From the NCBI GenBank assembly GCA_026770705.1, contig JANJGN010000021.1, positions 66,092,001 through 66,156,000 on the forward strand: a stretch of DNA of 64,000 nt. Direction: 5' to 3'. Origin of the DNA: Isurus oxyrinchus (Eukaryota). Positions 15,001-28,215 of the stretch are shown in pieces. Position 1 is the stretch's first letter; each line of letters starts with the position of its first letter. The position numbers and the translations under genes were made by a program. Below the pieces are notes generated by a model, which was not told where the DNA came from, ran no database searches, and saw nothing but the letters and a program-made list of their open reading frames with translations.

Positions 15001-18000
15001 CCCGTCCTGTGTCACCGCCCCAATCCCATGTCACCGTCCCCATCCCCGTCCCGTGTCACCGTCCCCGTCCCATGTTACCATCCCTGTCCCGTGTCTACAA
15101 CCTAATCCCGTGTCACCGACCTAATCCCGTGTCACCGTCCCTGTCCCGTGTCACGACCCAATCCTGTGTCACCGTCACTGTCCCGTGTCACTGACCCAAT
15201 CCCGTGTAACCGTTCCCGTCCCATGTCACCGACCCAATCCAGTGTAACCGTTCCCATCCCGTGTCACCAGCCCCGTCCTGTGTCACCGTTCCCGTCCCGT
15301 GTCACCGTCCCCGTCCCCGTCCCGTGTCACCGTCCCCGTCCCAGTCCCGTGTCACCGACCCCGTCTCGTGTCACCGTCCCCGTCTCATGTCACCATCCCT
15401 GTCCCGTGTCACCGACCCTGTCCCCGTCCCTTGTCACCGCTCACATCCCGTGTCATCATCCCTGTCCTGTGTCACCATCCCCGTCCCGCGTCACCAACCC
15501 AATCCCGTGTCACCATCCCCGTCCTGTGTCACCGTCTCCATCCTGTGTCACTGACCCAATCCCCTGTCACCGACCCAATCCCGTGTCACCGTCCCCGTCC
15601 TGTGTCACCGTCTCCATCCTGTGTCACCGACCCAATCCCGTGTCACCGTCCCCGTCCTGTGTCACCGTCTCCGTCCTGTGTCACCGACCCAATCCCCTGT
15701 CACCGACCCAATCCCGTGTCACCAACCCAATCCCGTGTCACCGTCTCCATCCTGTGTCACTGACCCAATCCCGTGTCACCGTCCTCGTCTCGTGTCACCG
15801 ACTCAATCCTGTCTCACCATCCCTGTCTTGTGTCAGCGACCCAAACCCGTGTCACCGTCCCCGTCTCGTGTCACCGCGCCCATCCCATGTCACCGTCCCC
15901 TTCCCGTGTCATCGTCCCCATCCCGTGTCATCGTCCCTGTCCCTTGTCACCGCTCCCGTCCCGTGTCATCGTCCCTGTCCCTGTCCTGTGTCACCGTCCC
16001 CGTCTCGTGTCACCGTCCCCGTCCCGTGTCACCGTCCCCGTCCAGTATCACCGTCCCCGTCCCGTGTCACCGTCCCCGTCCCGTGTCACCGTCCCCGTCC
16101 AGTATCACCGTCCCTATCCCGTGTCACCGTCCCCGTCCCATGTCACCCTCCTCGTCCTGTGTCACTTCTCCCGTCCCATCTCACCATCCCTGTCCCCGTC
16201 CTGTGTCACCGTCCCCGTCTCGTGTCACTGCTCCCGTCTCCTGTCACCGTCCCTGTCCGGTATCACCGTCCCCGTCCCGTGTCACCCTCCCCATCCTGTG
16301 TCACGTCCCCGTCCCGTGTCACCGTCCCCGTCCCGTGTCAACATCCCCGTTCTGTGTCACCGAACCAATCCCGTGTCACCGTCCCCATCCCGTGTCACCG
16401 TCCCCATCCCGTGTCACCGTCCCTGTCCCGTGTCACCATCCCCGTCCCGTGTCACCGTCACCATCACATGTCACCATCCCCGTCCTGTGTCACCGAACCA
16501 AGCCCGTGTCACCGCTCCCGTCCCGTGTCACCATCCCCGTCCCGTGTCACCGTCCCTGTCCCGTGTCACCGTTCCTGTCCCGTGTCACCGTCTGCATCCC
16601 GTGTCACCGTCACCATCCCCGTCCTGTGTCACCGTCCCTGTCTCGTGTCATCGTCCCCGTCTCGTGTCACCGTCCCCGTCCAGTATCACCGTCCCCGTCC
16701 CGTGTCACCGTCCCCGTCTCGTGTCACCGCTCCCGTCTTGTGTCACCGTCCCCGTCCAGTATCACCGTCCCCGTCCCCTGTCACCATTCCCATCCCGTGT
16801 CACCCTCCCCGTCCTGTGTCACTGTCCCCGTCTCGTGTCACCGCTCTCGTCTCGTGTCACTGTCCCCGTCCAGTATCACCGTCCCCATCCCGTGTCACCG
16901 TCCCCGTCCCATGTCACCCTCCTCATCCCGTGTCACTGCTCCCGTCCCATCTCACCATCCCTGTCCCCATCCTGTGTCACCGTCCCCGTCTCGTGTCACC
17001 TCTCCCGTCTCCTGTCACCGTCCCCATCCGGTATCACCGTCCCTGTCCCGTGTCACCCTCCCCGTCCTGTGTCACCGTCCCCGTCCCGTGTCACCATTCC
17101 CGTCCCGTGTCACCGTCCCCGTCCCGTGTCACCATCCCCGTCCTGTGTCACCGAACCAATCCCATGTCACCGTCCCCGTCCCGTGTCACCATCCCCGTCC
17201 TGTGTCACCGAACCAATCCCGTGTCACCATCCCCGTCCCATGTCACCGTCCCCATCCCATGTCACCGTCCCCATCCCGTGTCACCGTCCCCGTCCCGTGT
17301 CACCATCCCCGTCCCGTGTCACCGTCCCCATCATGTGTCACCATCCCCGTCCCGTGTCACCGAACCAATCCCGTGTCACCACTCCAGTCCCGTGTCACCG
17401 TCCCCGTCCCGTGTCACCGTCCCTGTCCCGTGTCACCGTCCCCATCCCGTGTCACCAACCCAATCCCATGTCACCGTCCCCGTCCCGTGTCACCGCCCCA
17501 ATCCCGTGTCACCTTCCCCATCCCGTGTCACTGACCGATTCCCATGTCACCGACCCAATCCCGTGTCATCGTCCCCGTCCCGTGTCACCCTCCCCACCTG
17601 GTGTCACCGACCCAATCTCATGTCCCCGTCCCGTCCTGTGTCACCGCCCCAATCCCATGTCACCGTCCCCATCCCCGTCCCGTGTCACCGTCCCCGTCCC
17701 ATGTTACTATCCCTGTCCCGTGTCTACAACCTAATCCCGTGTCACCGACCTAATCCCGTGTCACCGTCCCTGTCCCGTGTCACGACCCAATCCTGTGTCA
17801 CCGTCCCTGTCCCGTGTCACTGACCCAATCCCGTGTAACCGTTCCCGTCCCATGTCACCGACCCAATCCAGTGTAACCGTTCCCATCCCGTGTCACCAGC
17901 CCCGTCCTGTGTCACCGTTCCCGTCCCGTGTCACCGTCCCCGTCCCCGTCCCGTGTCACCGACCCCGTCTCGTGTCACCAGCCCCGTCCTGTGTCACCGT

Positions 18001-21000
18001 CCCCGTCCCGTGTCACCGTCCCCGTCCCAGTCCCGTGTCACCGACCCCGTCTCGTGTCACCGTCCCCGTCTCATGTCACCATCCCTGTCCTGTGTCACCA
18101 TCCCTGTCCTGTGTCACCGTCCCTGTCCCGTGTCACAGTCCCCGTCCCCGTCCCCATCTCATGTCACCGTCTCCGTCCCGTGTCACCGTCCCCGTCCCGT
18201 GTCACCATCTCCGTCCCGTGTCACCGTCCCCGTCCCGTGTCACCACTGCCATCCCGTGTCACTTCTCCCGTCCCATGTCACCGTCCCAATCCCATGTCAC
18301 CGTCCCCGTCCCCGTCCCGTGTCACCGTCCCCATCCCATGTTACCATCCCTGTCCCGTGTCTACGACCTAATCCCGTGTCACTAACCTAATCCCGTGTCA
18401 CCGTCCCTGTCCCATGTCACTGACCCAATCCCACATAACCGTTCCCATCCCGTGTCACCAGCCCCGTCCTGTGTCACCGTTCCCGTCCCCGTCCCCGTCC
18501 GGTGTCACAGACCCCGTCTTGTGTCACCAGCCCCGTCCTGTGTCACCGTCCCCGTCCCGTGTCACCGTCCCCGTCCCAGTCCCGTGTCACCGACCCCGTC
18601 TCGTGTCACCGTCCCTGTCTCATGTCACCGTCCCCGTCCTGTGTCACCATCCCTGTCCTGTGTCACCGTCCCTGTCCCGTGTCACAGTCCCCGTCCCCGT
18701 CCCCGTCCCCATCTTGTGTCACCGTCTCTGTCCCGTGTCACCGTCCCCGTCCCGTGTCACCATCTCCGTCCCGTGTCACCGTCCCCCATCCCGTGTCACC
18801 ATCCCCGTCCTGTGCCACCGAACCAATCCCGTGTCACCGCTCCCATCCCACGCTACCGCTCCCGTCCCGTGTCACCGTCCCAATCCCGTGTCACCGTCCC
18901 CGTCCCCGTCCCGTGTCACCGTCCCCGTCCCATGTCACCATCCCTGTCCCGTGTCTACGACCTAATCCCGTGTCACCGACCTAATCCCGTGTCACCGTCC
19001 TGTCCCGTGTCACGACCCAATCCCGTGTCACCGTCCCTGTCCCGTGTCACTGACCCAATCCCGTGTAACCGTTCCCGTCCTGTGTCACTAGCCCCGTCCC
19101 GTGTCACCGACCCCGTCTCGTGTCACCATTCCCATCCCGTGTCACCGTCCCCGTCCCCGTCCCGTGTCACCGACCCCGTCTCATGTCACCAGCCCCGTCC
19201 TATGTCACCGTCCCCGTCCCGTGTCACCGTCCCCGTCCCCGTCCCGTGTCACCGACACCGTCTAGTGTCACCGTCCCTGTCTCATGTCACCGTCACCGTC
19301 CCGTGTCACCATCCCTGTCCTGTGTCACCGTCCCTGTCCCGTGTCACCGTCCCCGTCCCGTGTCACCATCCCCGTCCCGTGTCACCGTCCCCGTCCCGTG
19401 TCACCATCCCCGTCCCGTGTCATCGAACCAATCCCGTGTCACCATCCCCATCCCGTGTCACCGTCCCCATCCCGTGTCACCGTACCCGTCCCGTGTCACC
19501 ATCCCCGTCCCGTGTCACCGTCCCCATCACGTGTCACCATCTCCGTCCCGTGTCACCGTCCCTGTCCCGTGTCTACGACCTAATCCCGTGTCACCGACCT
19601 AATCCCGTGTCACCGTCCCTGTCCCGTGTCACGACCCAATCCCGTGTCACTGTCCCTGTCCCGTGTCACTGACCCCATCCCGTGTCACCGTACCCGTCCC
19701 GTGTCACCATCCCCGTCCCGTGTCACCGTCCCCATCACGTGTCACCATCTCCGTCCCGTGTCACCGTCCCTGTCCCGTGTCTACGACCTAATCCCGTGTC
19801 ACCGACCTAATCCCGTGTCACCGTCCCTGTCCCGTGTCACGACCCAATCCCGTGTCACTGTCCCTGTCCCGTGTCACTGACCCAATCCCGTGTAACCGTT
19901 CCTGTCCCGTGTCACCAGCCCCGTCCTGTGTCACCGTTCCCGTCCCGTGTCACCGTCCCTGTCCCCGTCCCGTGTCACCGACCCCGTCTCGTGTCACCAG
20001 CCCCGTCCTGTGTCACCGTCCCCGTCCCGTGTCACCGTCCCCGTCCCCGTCCCGTGTCACCGACCCCGTCTCGTGTCACCGTCCCTGTCTCATGTCACCG
20101 TCCCCGTCCCGTGTCACCGTCTCCGTCTCGTGTCACCGTCCCCGTCTCATGTCACCGTCCCCATCCTGTGTCACCATCCCTGTCCTGTGTCACCGTCCCT
20201 GTCCCGTGTCACAGTCCCCGTCCCCGTCCCCATCTCGTGTCACCGTCTCCGTCCCGTGTCACCGTCCCCGTCCCGTGTCACCATCCCTGTCCTGTGTCAC
20301 CGTCCCTGTCCCGTGTCACAGTCCCCGTCCCCGTCCCCATCTCGTGTCACCGTCTCCGTCCCGTGTCACAGTCCCCGTCCCGTGTCACCATCTCCGTCCC
20401 GTGTCAACATCCCGTGTCACTGCCCCGTCCCTTGTCACCGTCCCCGTCCAGTGTCACTGTTCCCGTCCCATGTCACCGACCCTGTCCCCATCCTTTGTCA
20501 CCGCTCACATCCCGTGTCAGCATCCCTGTCCTGTGTCACCATCCCCGTCCCGCATCACCGACCCAATCCCGTGTCAGCATCCCTGTCCTGTGTCACCATC
20601 CTCGACCTGTGTCACTGACCCAATCCCGTGTCACCGTCCTCGTCCCGTGTCACCGTTCCCATCCCGTGTCACCGACCCTGACCCCGTCCTTTGTCACCGT
20701 CCCCATCCCGTGTCACCGTTCCTGTCCCGTGTCACCGACCCTGTCCCCATCCCTTGTCACCGCTCACATCCCGTGTCACCATCCCTGTCCTGTGTCACCA
20801 TCCCCGTCCCGCGTCACCGACCCAATCCCGTGTCACCGTGCCCGACCTGTGTCACCGTCTCCATCCTGTGTCACCGACCCAATCCCCTGTCACCGACCCA
20901 ATCCCGTGTCACCGTCCCCGTCCTGTGTCACCGTCTCCATCCTGTGTCACCGACCCAATCCCGTGTCACCATCCCCGACCTGTGTCACCGACCCAATCCC

Positions 21001-24000
21001 GTCACCGACCCAATCCCGTGTCACCGTCCCCGTCCTGTGTCACCGTCTCCATCCTGTGTCACTGACCCAATCCCCTGTCACCGACCCAATCCCGTGTCAC
21101 CGTCCCCGTCCTGTCACCGTCTCCATCCTGTGTCACCGACCCAATCCCCTGTCACCGACCCAATCCCGTGTCACCATCCCCGACCTGTGTCACAGACCCA
21201 ATCCCGTGTCACCGTCCCCGTCCTGTGTCACCGTCTCCGTCCTGTGTCACCATCTCCGTCCTGTGTCACCGACCCAATCCCCTGTCACCGACCCAATCCC
21301 GTGTCACCGACCCAATCCCATGTCACCGTCTCCATCCTGTGTCACTGACCCAATCCCGTGTCACCGACCCAATACTGTGTCACCGTCTCCATCCCCTGTC
21401 ACCGACCCAATCCCGTGTCACCGACCCAATCCCGTGTCACCGTCTCCATCCTGTGTCACTGACCCAATCCCGTGTCACCGACCCAATCCCGTGTCGCCGT
21501 CCCCGTCTCGTGTCACCGACCCAATCCCGTGTCACCGACCCAATCCCGTGTCACCGCTCCCGTCCCGTGTCACCGTCTCCGTCCCGTGTCACCGTCCCTG
21601 TCCCGTGTCACCGTCCCCATCCCGTGTCACCGTCCCCGTCACGTGTTACCGTCCCCATCCCGTGTCACCGTCCCCGTCCCGTGTCACCGTCCCCGTCCCG
21701 TGTCACCGCCCCAATCCCATGTCACCTTCCCCGTCCCGTGTCACTGACCGATTCCCATGTCACCGACCCAATCCCGTGTCATCGTTCCCGTCCCGTGTCA
21801 CTGTCCCCTTCCCGTGTCACCCTCCCCACCTGGTGTCACCGACCCGTCCTATGTCACTGCCCCAATCCCGTGTCACCGTCCCCGTCCCGTGTCACCGTCC
21901 CCGTCCCATGTTACCATCCCTGTCCCGTGTCTACAACCTAATCCCGTGTCACCGACCTAATCCCGTGTCACCGTCCCTGTCCCGTGTCACTGACCCAATC
22001 CCGTGTAACCGTTCCCGTCCCGTGTCACCAGCCCCGTCCTGTGTCACCGTTCCCGTCCCGTGTCACCGTCCCCGTCCCCGTCCCATGTCACCGACCCCGT
22101 CTCGTGTCACCAGCCCCGTCCTGTGTCACTGTCCCCGTCCCGTGTCACCGTCCCCGTCCCAGTCCCGTGTCACCGACCCCGTCTCATGTCACCGTCCCCG
22201 TCTCATGTCACCGTCCCCGTCCTGTGTCACCATCCCTGTCCTGTGTCACCGTCCCTGTCCCGTGTCACAGTCCCCGTCCCCCTCCCCATCTCGTGTCACC
22301 GTCTCCGTCCCGTGTCACCGTCCCCGTCCCGTGTCACCATCTCCGTCCCGTGTCACCGTCCCCGTCCCGTGTCACCATCCCCGTCCTATGTCACCGAACC
22401 AATCCCGTGTCACCGCTCCCATCCCGTGTCACTGTCCCAATCCCGTGTCACCGTCCCCGTCCCGTGTCACCGTCCCCGTCCCATGTCACCATCCCTGTCC
22501 CGTGTCTACGACCTAATCCCGTGTCACCGACCTAATCCCGTGTCACTGTCCCTGTCCCGTGTCAACACCCAATCCTGTGTCACTGTCCCTGTCCCGTGTC
22601 ACTGACCCAATCCCGTGTCACTGACCCCATCTCATGTCACTGTCCCCGTCCCGTGTCACGACCCAATCCTGTGCCACCGTCCCTGTCCCGTGTCACTGAC
22701 CCAATCCCGTGTAACCGTTCCCGTCCCATGTCACTAGCCCCGTCCTGTGTCACCATTCCTGTCCCGTGTCACCGTCCCCGTCCCCGTCCCATGTCACCGA
22801 CCCCGTTTCGTGTCACCAGCCCTGTCCTATGTCACCGTCCCGTGTCACCGTCCCCGTCCCCGTCCCATGTCACCGTCCCCGTCTCGTGTCACCGTTCCCG
22901 TCCCATGTCACCGACCCTGTCCCCGTCCCTTGTCACCGTCCCCGTCTCGTGTCACCGTTCCCGTCCCATGTCACTGACCCTGTCCCCGTCCCTTGTCACC
23001 GTCCCCGTCCCGTATCACCCTTCCTGTCCCGTCTCACCGACCCTGTCCCCGTCCCTTGTCACCGCTCACATCCCGTGTCACCATCCTGTCCTGTGTCACC
23101 ATCCCCGCCCCGCGTCACCAACCCAATCCCGTGTCACCATCCCCGTCCTGTGTCACAGACCCAATCTCGTGTCACCGTCCCCATCCCGTGTCACCGTCTC
23201 CGTCCTGTGTCACCGACCCAATCCTGTGTCACCGACCCAATCCCGTTTCACTGACCCAATCCCGTGTCACCGTCTCCATCCCGTGTCACCGTCCCTGTCC
23301 TGGGTCACCGACCCAATCCTGTGTCACCGACCCAATCCCGTGTCACCGTCCTAATCCCGTGTCACCGACCCAATCCTGTCTCACCATCCCTGTCCCGTGT
23401 CACCGACCCAATCCCGTGTCACCGTCTCCATCCCGTGTCACCGTCCCCGGCCCGTGTCACCGACCCAATCCCGTGTCACCGTCTCCATCCCGTGTCACCG
23501 TCCCCGGCCCGTGTCACCGACCCAATCCTGTGTCACCGACCCAATCCCGTGTCACCGTCCTAATCCCGTGTCACCGACCCAATCTTGTCTCACCATCCCT
23601 GTCCCGTGTCACCGACCCAATCCCGTGTCACCGTCCCCGTCTTGTGTCAGCGACCCAACCCCGTGTCACCGTCCCCGTCTCGTGTCACCGACTCAATCCC
23701 GTGTCACCGTCCCTGTCCCATGTCACCGTCCCCGTCTCGTGTCACCGACTCAATCCCGTGTCACCGACCCAATCCCGTGTCACCATCCCCGTCCCGTGTC
23801 ACCGTCCCCATCCCGTGTCACCGTCACCGTCCCATGTCACCAGCCATGTCCCGTGTCACCATCCCTGTGTCATGTCACCATCGCACATCCTGTGTCACAG
23901 CCCCCATCCCGTGTCACCGCCCCCGTCTTCGTCCCGTGTCACTGCTCCAGTCCCGTGTCACCAGCCATGTCCCGTGTCACCGGCCCCGTCCTGTGTCACT

Positions 24001-24160
24001 GTCATCGTCCCATGTCAATGCCCCCATCATGTGTCACCGCCCCCGTCCCGTTTCAAGGCCCCAGTCCCATGTCCCCGTCTTGTGTCACCATCCCCGTCCC
24101 GAGACACTGTCCCTGTCCCGTGTCACCGGCCCCGTCTCAATCCCATGTCACCGTCCCTAT
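1..24160. repeat. 19-bp GC/CpG-rich satellite (CCCGTGTCACCGTCCCCGT)n, >24 kb, truncated by the window start
   Basis: Continuous 19-mer with +6-bp (CCCCGT) variants. Translates to a 19-aa cycle (SPSPSRVTVPVPCHRPRPV) in all three + frames. Confidence 0.98.
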
Positions 24161-24169
24161 CCACAATTC

Positions 24170-24490
24170 CTCATCCCGGGTCCCCAATCAGATTTCCCAC
24201 CTCGATTCTCATGCCGATTCCCCATCCCGATTCCCCATCCTGGGTCCCCTCCCCGATTCCCCACCACGATTCCCCATCCCGGGTCCCCTCCCCGATTCCC
24301 CACCACGATTCCCCATCCCGGGTCCCCTCCCCGATTCCCCACCCCGGGTCCCCTCCCCGATTCCCCACCACGATTCCCCATCCCGGGTCCCCTCCCCGAT
24401 TCCCCACCCCGGGTCCCCTCCCCGATTCCCCACCCCGGGTCCCCATCCAGGGTCCCCATGCCAATTCCCCACCCCTATTCCCCATTCCGA
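24170..24490. repeat. GC-rich ~39/25-bp minisatellite (CCCGGGTCCCCTCCCCGATTCCCCA...) at the satellite edge
   Basis: Unit visible at 24271 and again at 24310. Confidence 0.9.
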
Positions 24491-24504
24491 GTCTTCATGC
24501 CGAG

Positions 24505-24565
24505 AAGTGAAAGAGAGAAAGAAGTGAGAGAGAAAGAAGTGAGAGAGAAAGAAGTGAGAGAGAGA
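24505..24565. repeat. 15-bp purine repeat (GAAAGAAGTGAGAGA)n
   Basis: About 4 direct copies. Confidence 0.85.
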
Positions 24566-24689
24566 GGTTAGGACTGAAAAGGGGAATGAAACAAAGAGAA
24601 AGGGGAAGAGACAGAGAGAAAGAGAGGAGTGAAGCACAAACAATTGGAGACTATTCAGTACAAGTAAGGCTCAGCCATGTGTTGTCACT

Positions 24690-25115
24690 CGTGGCTCGGC
24701 TCAGTTAGTGGAATTCATGCCATGGAGTCTGAAAGTTGTGGATTCAGGTCCCACTCCAGCACATGAAAACAAAATCTAGGCTGTCACATTAGTCAGTACT
24801 TGGGGAAGGCTGCACTATTGGAAGTCTGTCTGTCAGATGAGGTGTTAAACTGTGGCCCTGTCTGCACTCAGATTGATGTTTTCAGGCCCATTTTGAAGAG
24901 GAACAGGGGAGGTCTCCCTGGCGTCCTGGCCAATATTTACCCTGCAATCATCATCACAAAAACAGATTATCTGGTTATTATCATATCGCTGTTTGTGGGA
25001 GATTTGTGGGCGCAAAATAGCTGCTGTGTTTCTTACAACAGTGATTCACTTCAAAAATACTTTTTTGACTGTAAAAGTGCTTGAGATGTTCAAAGGTGGT
25101 GAAAAGAGCTACAAA
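24690..25115 (+). mobile_element. tRNA-derived SINE, DeuSINE/SacSINE1-like, decayed
   Basis: Pol III A-box-like ggctcagttagtgg, B-box-like ggattcaggtccc, recognisable body (cctggccaatattta; gctgtttgtggga...ttacaacagtga...acttcaaaa) and a degenerate LINE-type tail. Confidence 0.65.
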
Positions 25116-25185
25116 GTTATTTTATTTTTACCTACCAGTTTGGTTGTTGGAACAGGAAGCAACAATACTGAAGACTTGAGCTCCA

Positions 25186-26655
25186 GAACTTGCCGTGCCC
25201 CTAGCCAAGCTGTTCCAGTACAGCTCCAATACCGGCATCTACCCGGCTATGTGGAAAATTGCCCAGGTATGTACTGTACACAAGCAGGAAAAATCCAACC
25301 CGGCCAATTACTGCCCCATCAGTCTACTCCCCATCATCAGTAAAGTGATGGAAGGGGTCATCAACAGGGCTATCAAGCAGCACTTGCTTAGCAATAACCT
25401 GCTCACTGACAGAGTTCCGCCAGGGTCACTCAGCTCCTGACCTCATTACAGCCTTGGTTCAAACATGGGCAAAAGAGCTGAGCTCCCGAGGTGAGGTGAG
25501 AGTGACTGCCCTTGACATCAAGGCCGCATTTGACCGAGTGTGGCATCAAGAAGCCCTAGCAAAACGAGTCAATGAAATCAGGGGAAAACTCTCTGCTGGT
25601 TGGAGTCATACCTAGCACAAAGGAAGGTGGTTGTAGTTGTTGGAGGTCAGTCATCTCAGTTCTAGGATATCACTGCAGGCGTTCCTCAGCGTAGTGTCAT
25701 CGGCTCAACCATCCTCAGCTGATTCATCAATGACCTTCCTTCCATCATAAGATCAGAAATGGGGATGTTCGCTGATGATTGTACAATGTTCAGCACCATT
25801 CGTGACTCCTCAGATACTGAAGCAGCCTATGTCCAAATGCAGCAAGACCTGGACAATGTTCAGAATTGGACTGACAAGTGGCAAATAACATTCATGCCAA
25901 ACAAGTGCAAGACAATGACCATCTCCAACAGGAGAATCCAACCATCACCCCTTGACATTCAATGGCATTACCATCGCTGAATCCCCCACAATCAACATCC
26001 TAGGGGTTAGCATTGACCAAACTGAACTGGACTAGCCATATAAATACTGTGGCTACAAAAGCAGGTCAGAGGCTAGGAATCGTGCGATGAGTAACTCACC
26101 TCCTGACTCCCCAAAGCCTGTCCACCATCTACAAGGCACAAGGCAGGAGTGTGATGGAATACTCCCCACTTGCCTGGATGAGTGCAGTTCCCACAACACT
26201 TCAAAAGCTGGACTCAGTCCAGGACAAAACAATCCGCTTGATTGGCACCACATCCAGAAACATTCACTCCCTCCACCACCGATGCACAGTAGCAGCAGTG
26301 TGTACCATCTACAAGATGCACTGCAGGAATTCACCAAGGCTCCTTAGACAGTATCTTCCAAACCCTCAACCACTACCATTTAGAAGGATAAGGGCAGCAG
26401 ATAGATGGGAACACCACCACCTAGAAGTCCGCCTCCAAGTCACTCATCATCCTGAATTGGAAATATATCACCGTTCCTTCACTGTCACTGGGTCAAACTC
26501 CTGGAACACACTCCATAACAGCACTGTGGGTTTGCTTAGACCACATGGACTGCAGTGGTTCAAGAAGGCATCACACCACCACTTTCTCAAGGGAAACTAG
26601 GGATGGGCAATAAATGCTGGCCCAGCCAGCGAAACCCACATCCCATGAATGAATT
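25186..26655 (+). mobile_element. 5'-truncated non-LTR retrotransposon (CR1/L2-group LINE), disrupted RT
   Basis: RT fragments WKIAQV..HK..KSNPANYCPISLLPIISKVME and MFADD, split by frameshifts. 3' end with AATAAA and an ATGA-repeat tail. Confidence 0.9.
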
Positions 26656-26671
26656 ATTTTTTTTTTAAAAA

Positions 26672-27300
26672 AGGCCATTCAGCCTCTCTAGCCTGCTCTA
26701 CCATTCAATGAGATCATGACCGATACTTAACTCCATATACCCACCTTTTACCCAAATCACTTAATATCTGGATAACAAAAACCTATCAATCTCAGATTCG
26801 AAATTTACAACAGATCCAGCATCAATTGCTGTTGCGAAAGTGAGTTCCAAACTTCTTTTCAATTCTGAGTTGTCTTATGAGGAAAGGTTGGACAGACTGG
26901 GCTTGTTTAGAAGAATGAGGAGTGATTTGATTAAAGGAGACAAGATCTTGAATGGCCTTGACAAGGTGGATGCCGAAAGGATGTCTCCTCTTGTAGGTGA
27001 GTCCAGAACTAGAGGTCACTGTTTTAAAATTAGGGGTCACCCTTTTAGGACAGAGATGAGGAGAAATCTTTCCTCAGAGGGTTGTGCGACACTGGAATTC
27101 TCTGCCTCAAAAGGTGGTGGAGGTGGGGGTCATTGAATATTTTTAAGGCAGAGGTAGAGTGATTCCCTTGCCTAACAAGAATTTAAGGTTATCAGGTTTA
27201 GATGGGAATTGAAACACAAGAAGATCAGTCATGATCTCATTAAATGGTGGAGCAGGCTCGAGAGGCTGAATGGTCTACTCCTGCTCCTATTTCTTATGTT
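26672..27300. mobile_element. Two CR1 3'-end fragments in opposite orientation (about 26672-26850 minus, 26865-27300 plus)
   Basis: LSYEERLDRLGL...RTRGH ORF2 C-terminus. The ggctgaatggtct 3' motif and its reverse complement occur at the two ends. Confidence 0.85.
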
Positions 27301-27452
27301 GACTCTCTCTGATCAGCTCATACTTGTCCAACTGCTCAGTCACGGTGTCTCTAATGACAGATTCTATTAATTTCCCCACAACAGATGTTAGACAATAGGC
27401 CAATACTTGTCACAACATTAAGGATTTCCTAATCGAAGGGGACATTCCCTAT

Positions 27453-27676
27453 ACAAAAAACAGAAAAGTCTGGAAAAAACTCAGCAGGTCTAACAGCATC
27501 TGTGGAGAAAAAGACATAGTTAAAGTTTCGAGTCTGTTTGACGGTTCTTCAGCAGACTCAAAACGTTAACTCTGCCTTTCTCTCTCCACAGATGCTGTCA
27601 GACCTACTGAGTTTTTCCAGCATTTTCTGTTTTTGTTTCACATTTCCAGAATCCGCAGTATTTTGCATTTATCTCA
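27453..27676. mobile_element. Palindromic Penelope-like terminal-repeat element with a 14-bp target-site duplication
   Basis: Arms ctggaaaaaactcagcaggtctaacagcatctgtggag / ctccacagatgctgtcagacctactgagtttttccag. Flanks gggacattccctat (27439-27452) and gggacatttcctat (27677-27690). Confidence 0.7.
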
Positions 27677-28209
27677 GGGACATTTCCTATGCTAAGTTTT
27701 TTCTAAAAAAATCAGCCTGACCAGCTTGTCCTGCCACTTTCAAAGATCTACATGAGCCCCCAGCTTTGTTTCTGTATCCCCTTTATAATTGAACAGATCT
27801 AATCCTTTCCCTCCTGCCCACAAAAGGATGTAGCAACATTTTTCTCTTTGCTTGTGTCTTTTAGAAATCTACTAAATGTCAACCTGCACTTCTTTTTAAA
27901 CTTCTCAAGTGTCTCTACAATGTCAGCAGCCTCCCAGTTTATCCTGAGCTTCAGCCACACATTCATGGCTGTGACGGCCATTTTGTTTTCACACAATTCA
28001 CTCAGTCTCTCGCCCTCTGGTCGATTTCTCTCATTCTAACTGTTGGCATGTTAATGTCTTGTAGTTCCCAGAAGTTTGAAATAATCACACACTTTTAAAC
28101 TCAAATTCTTCAAACACTTCAATACCTAGGAATTTCACTGTTAGTAGATTTGAATGTCCTTCAACATTAGATGCATTAGACAGAGACAGAGACTGGAGTT
28201 CAAACTTCA

Positions 28210-28215
28210 TTTATT
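28210..28215 (-). terminator. Polyadenylation signal AATAAA
   Basis: tttatt on the + strand, with a GT-rich tract about 20 nt downstream on the sense strand. Confidence 0.55.

Noticed and set aside
24170-24490. GATTCCCC motifs as NF-kB/enhancer A sites
   Set aside because: Only a half-site (CCGATTCCCC, not GGGGATTCCCC) and 35 kb from the promoter.
24-24571. Many long Pro/Ser/Val/Cys/His ORFs (up to 1448 aa) as mucin/extensin-like genes
   Set aside because: All three frames give the same 19-aa cycle of a stop-poor 19-bp satellite; no splice structure or unique domain.
24690-24760. tRNA gene
   Set aside because: A/B-box-like motifs continue into a SINE body; no intact cloverleaf.
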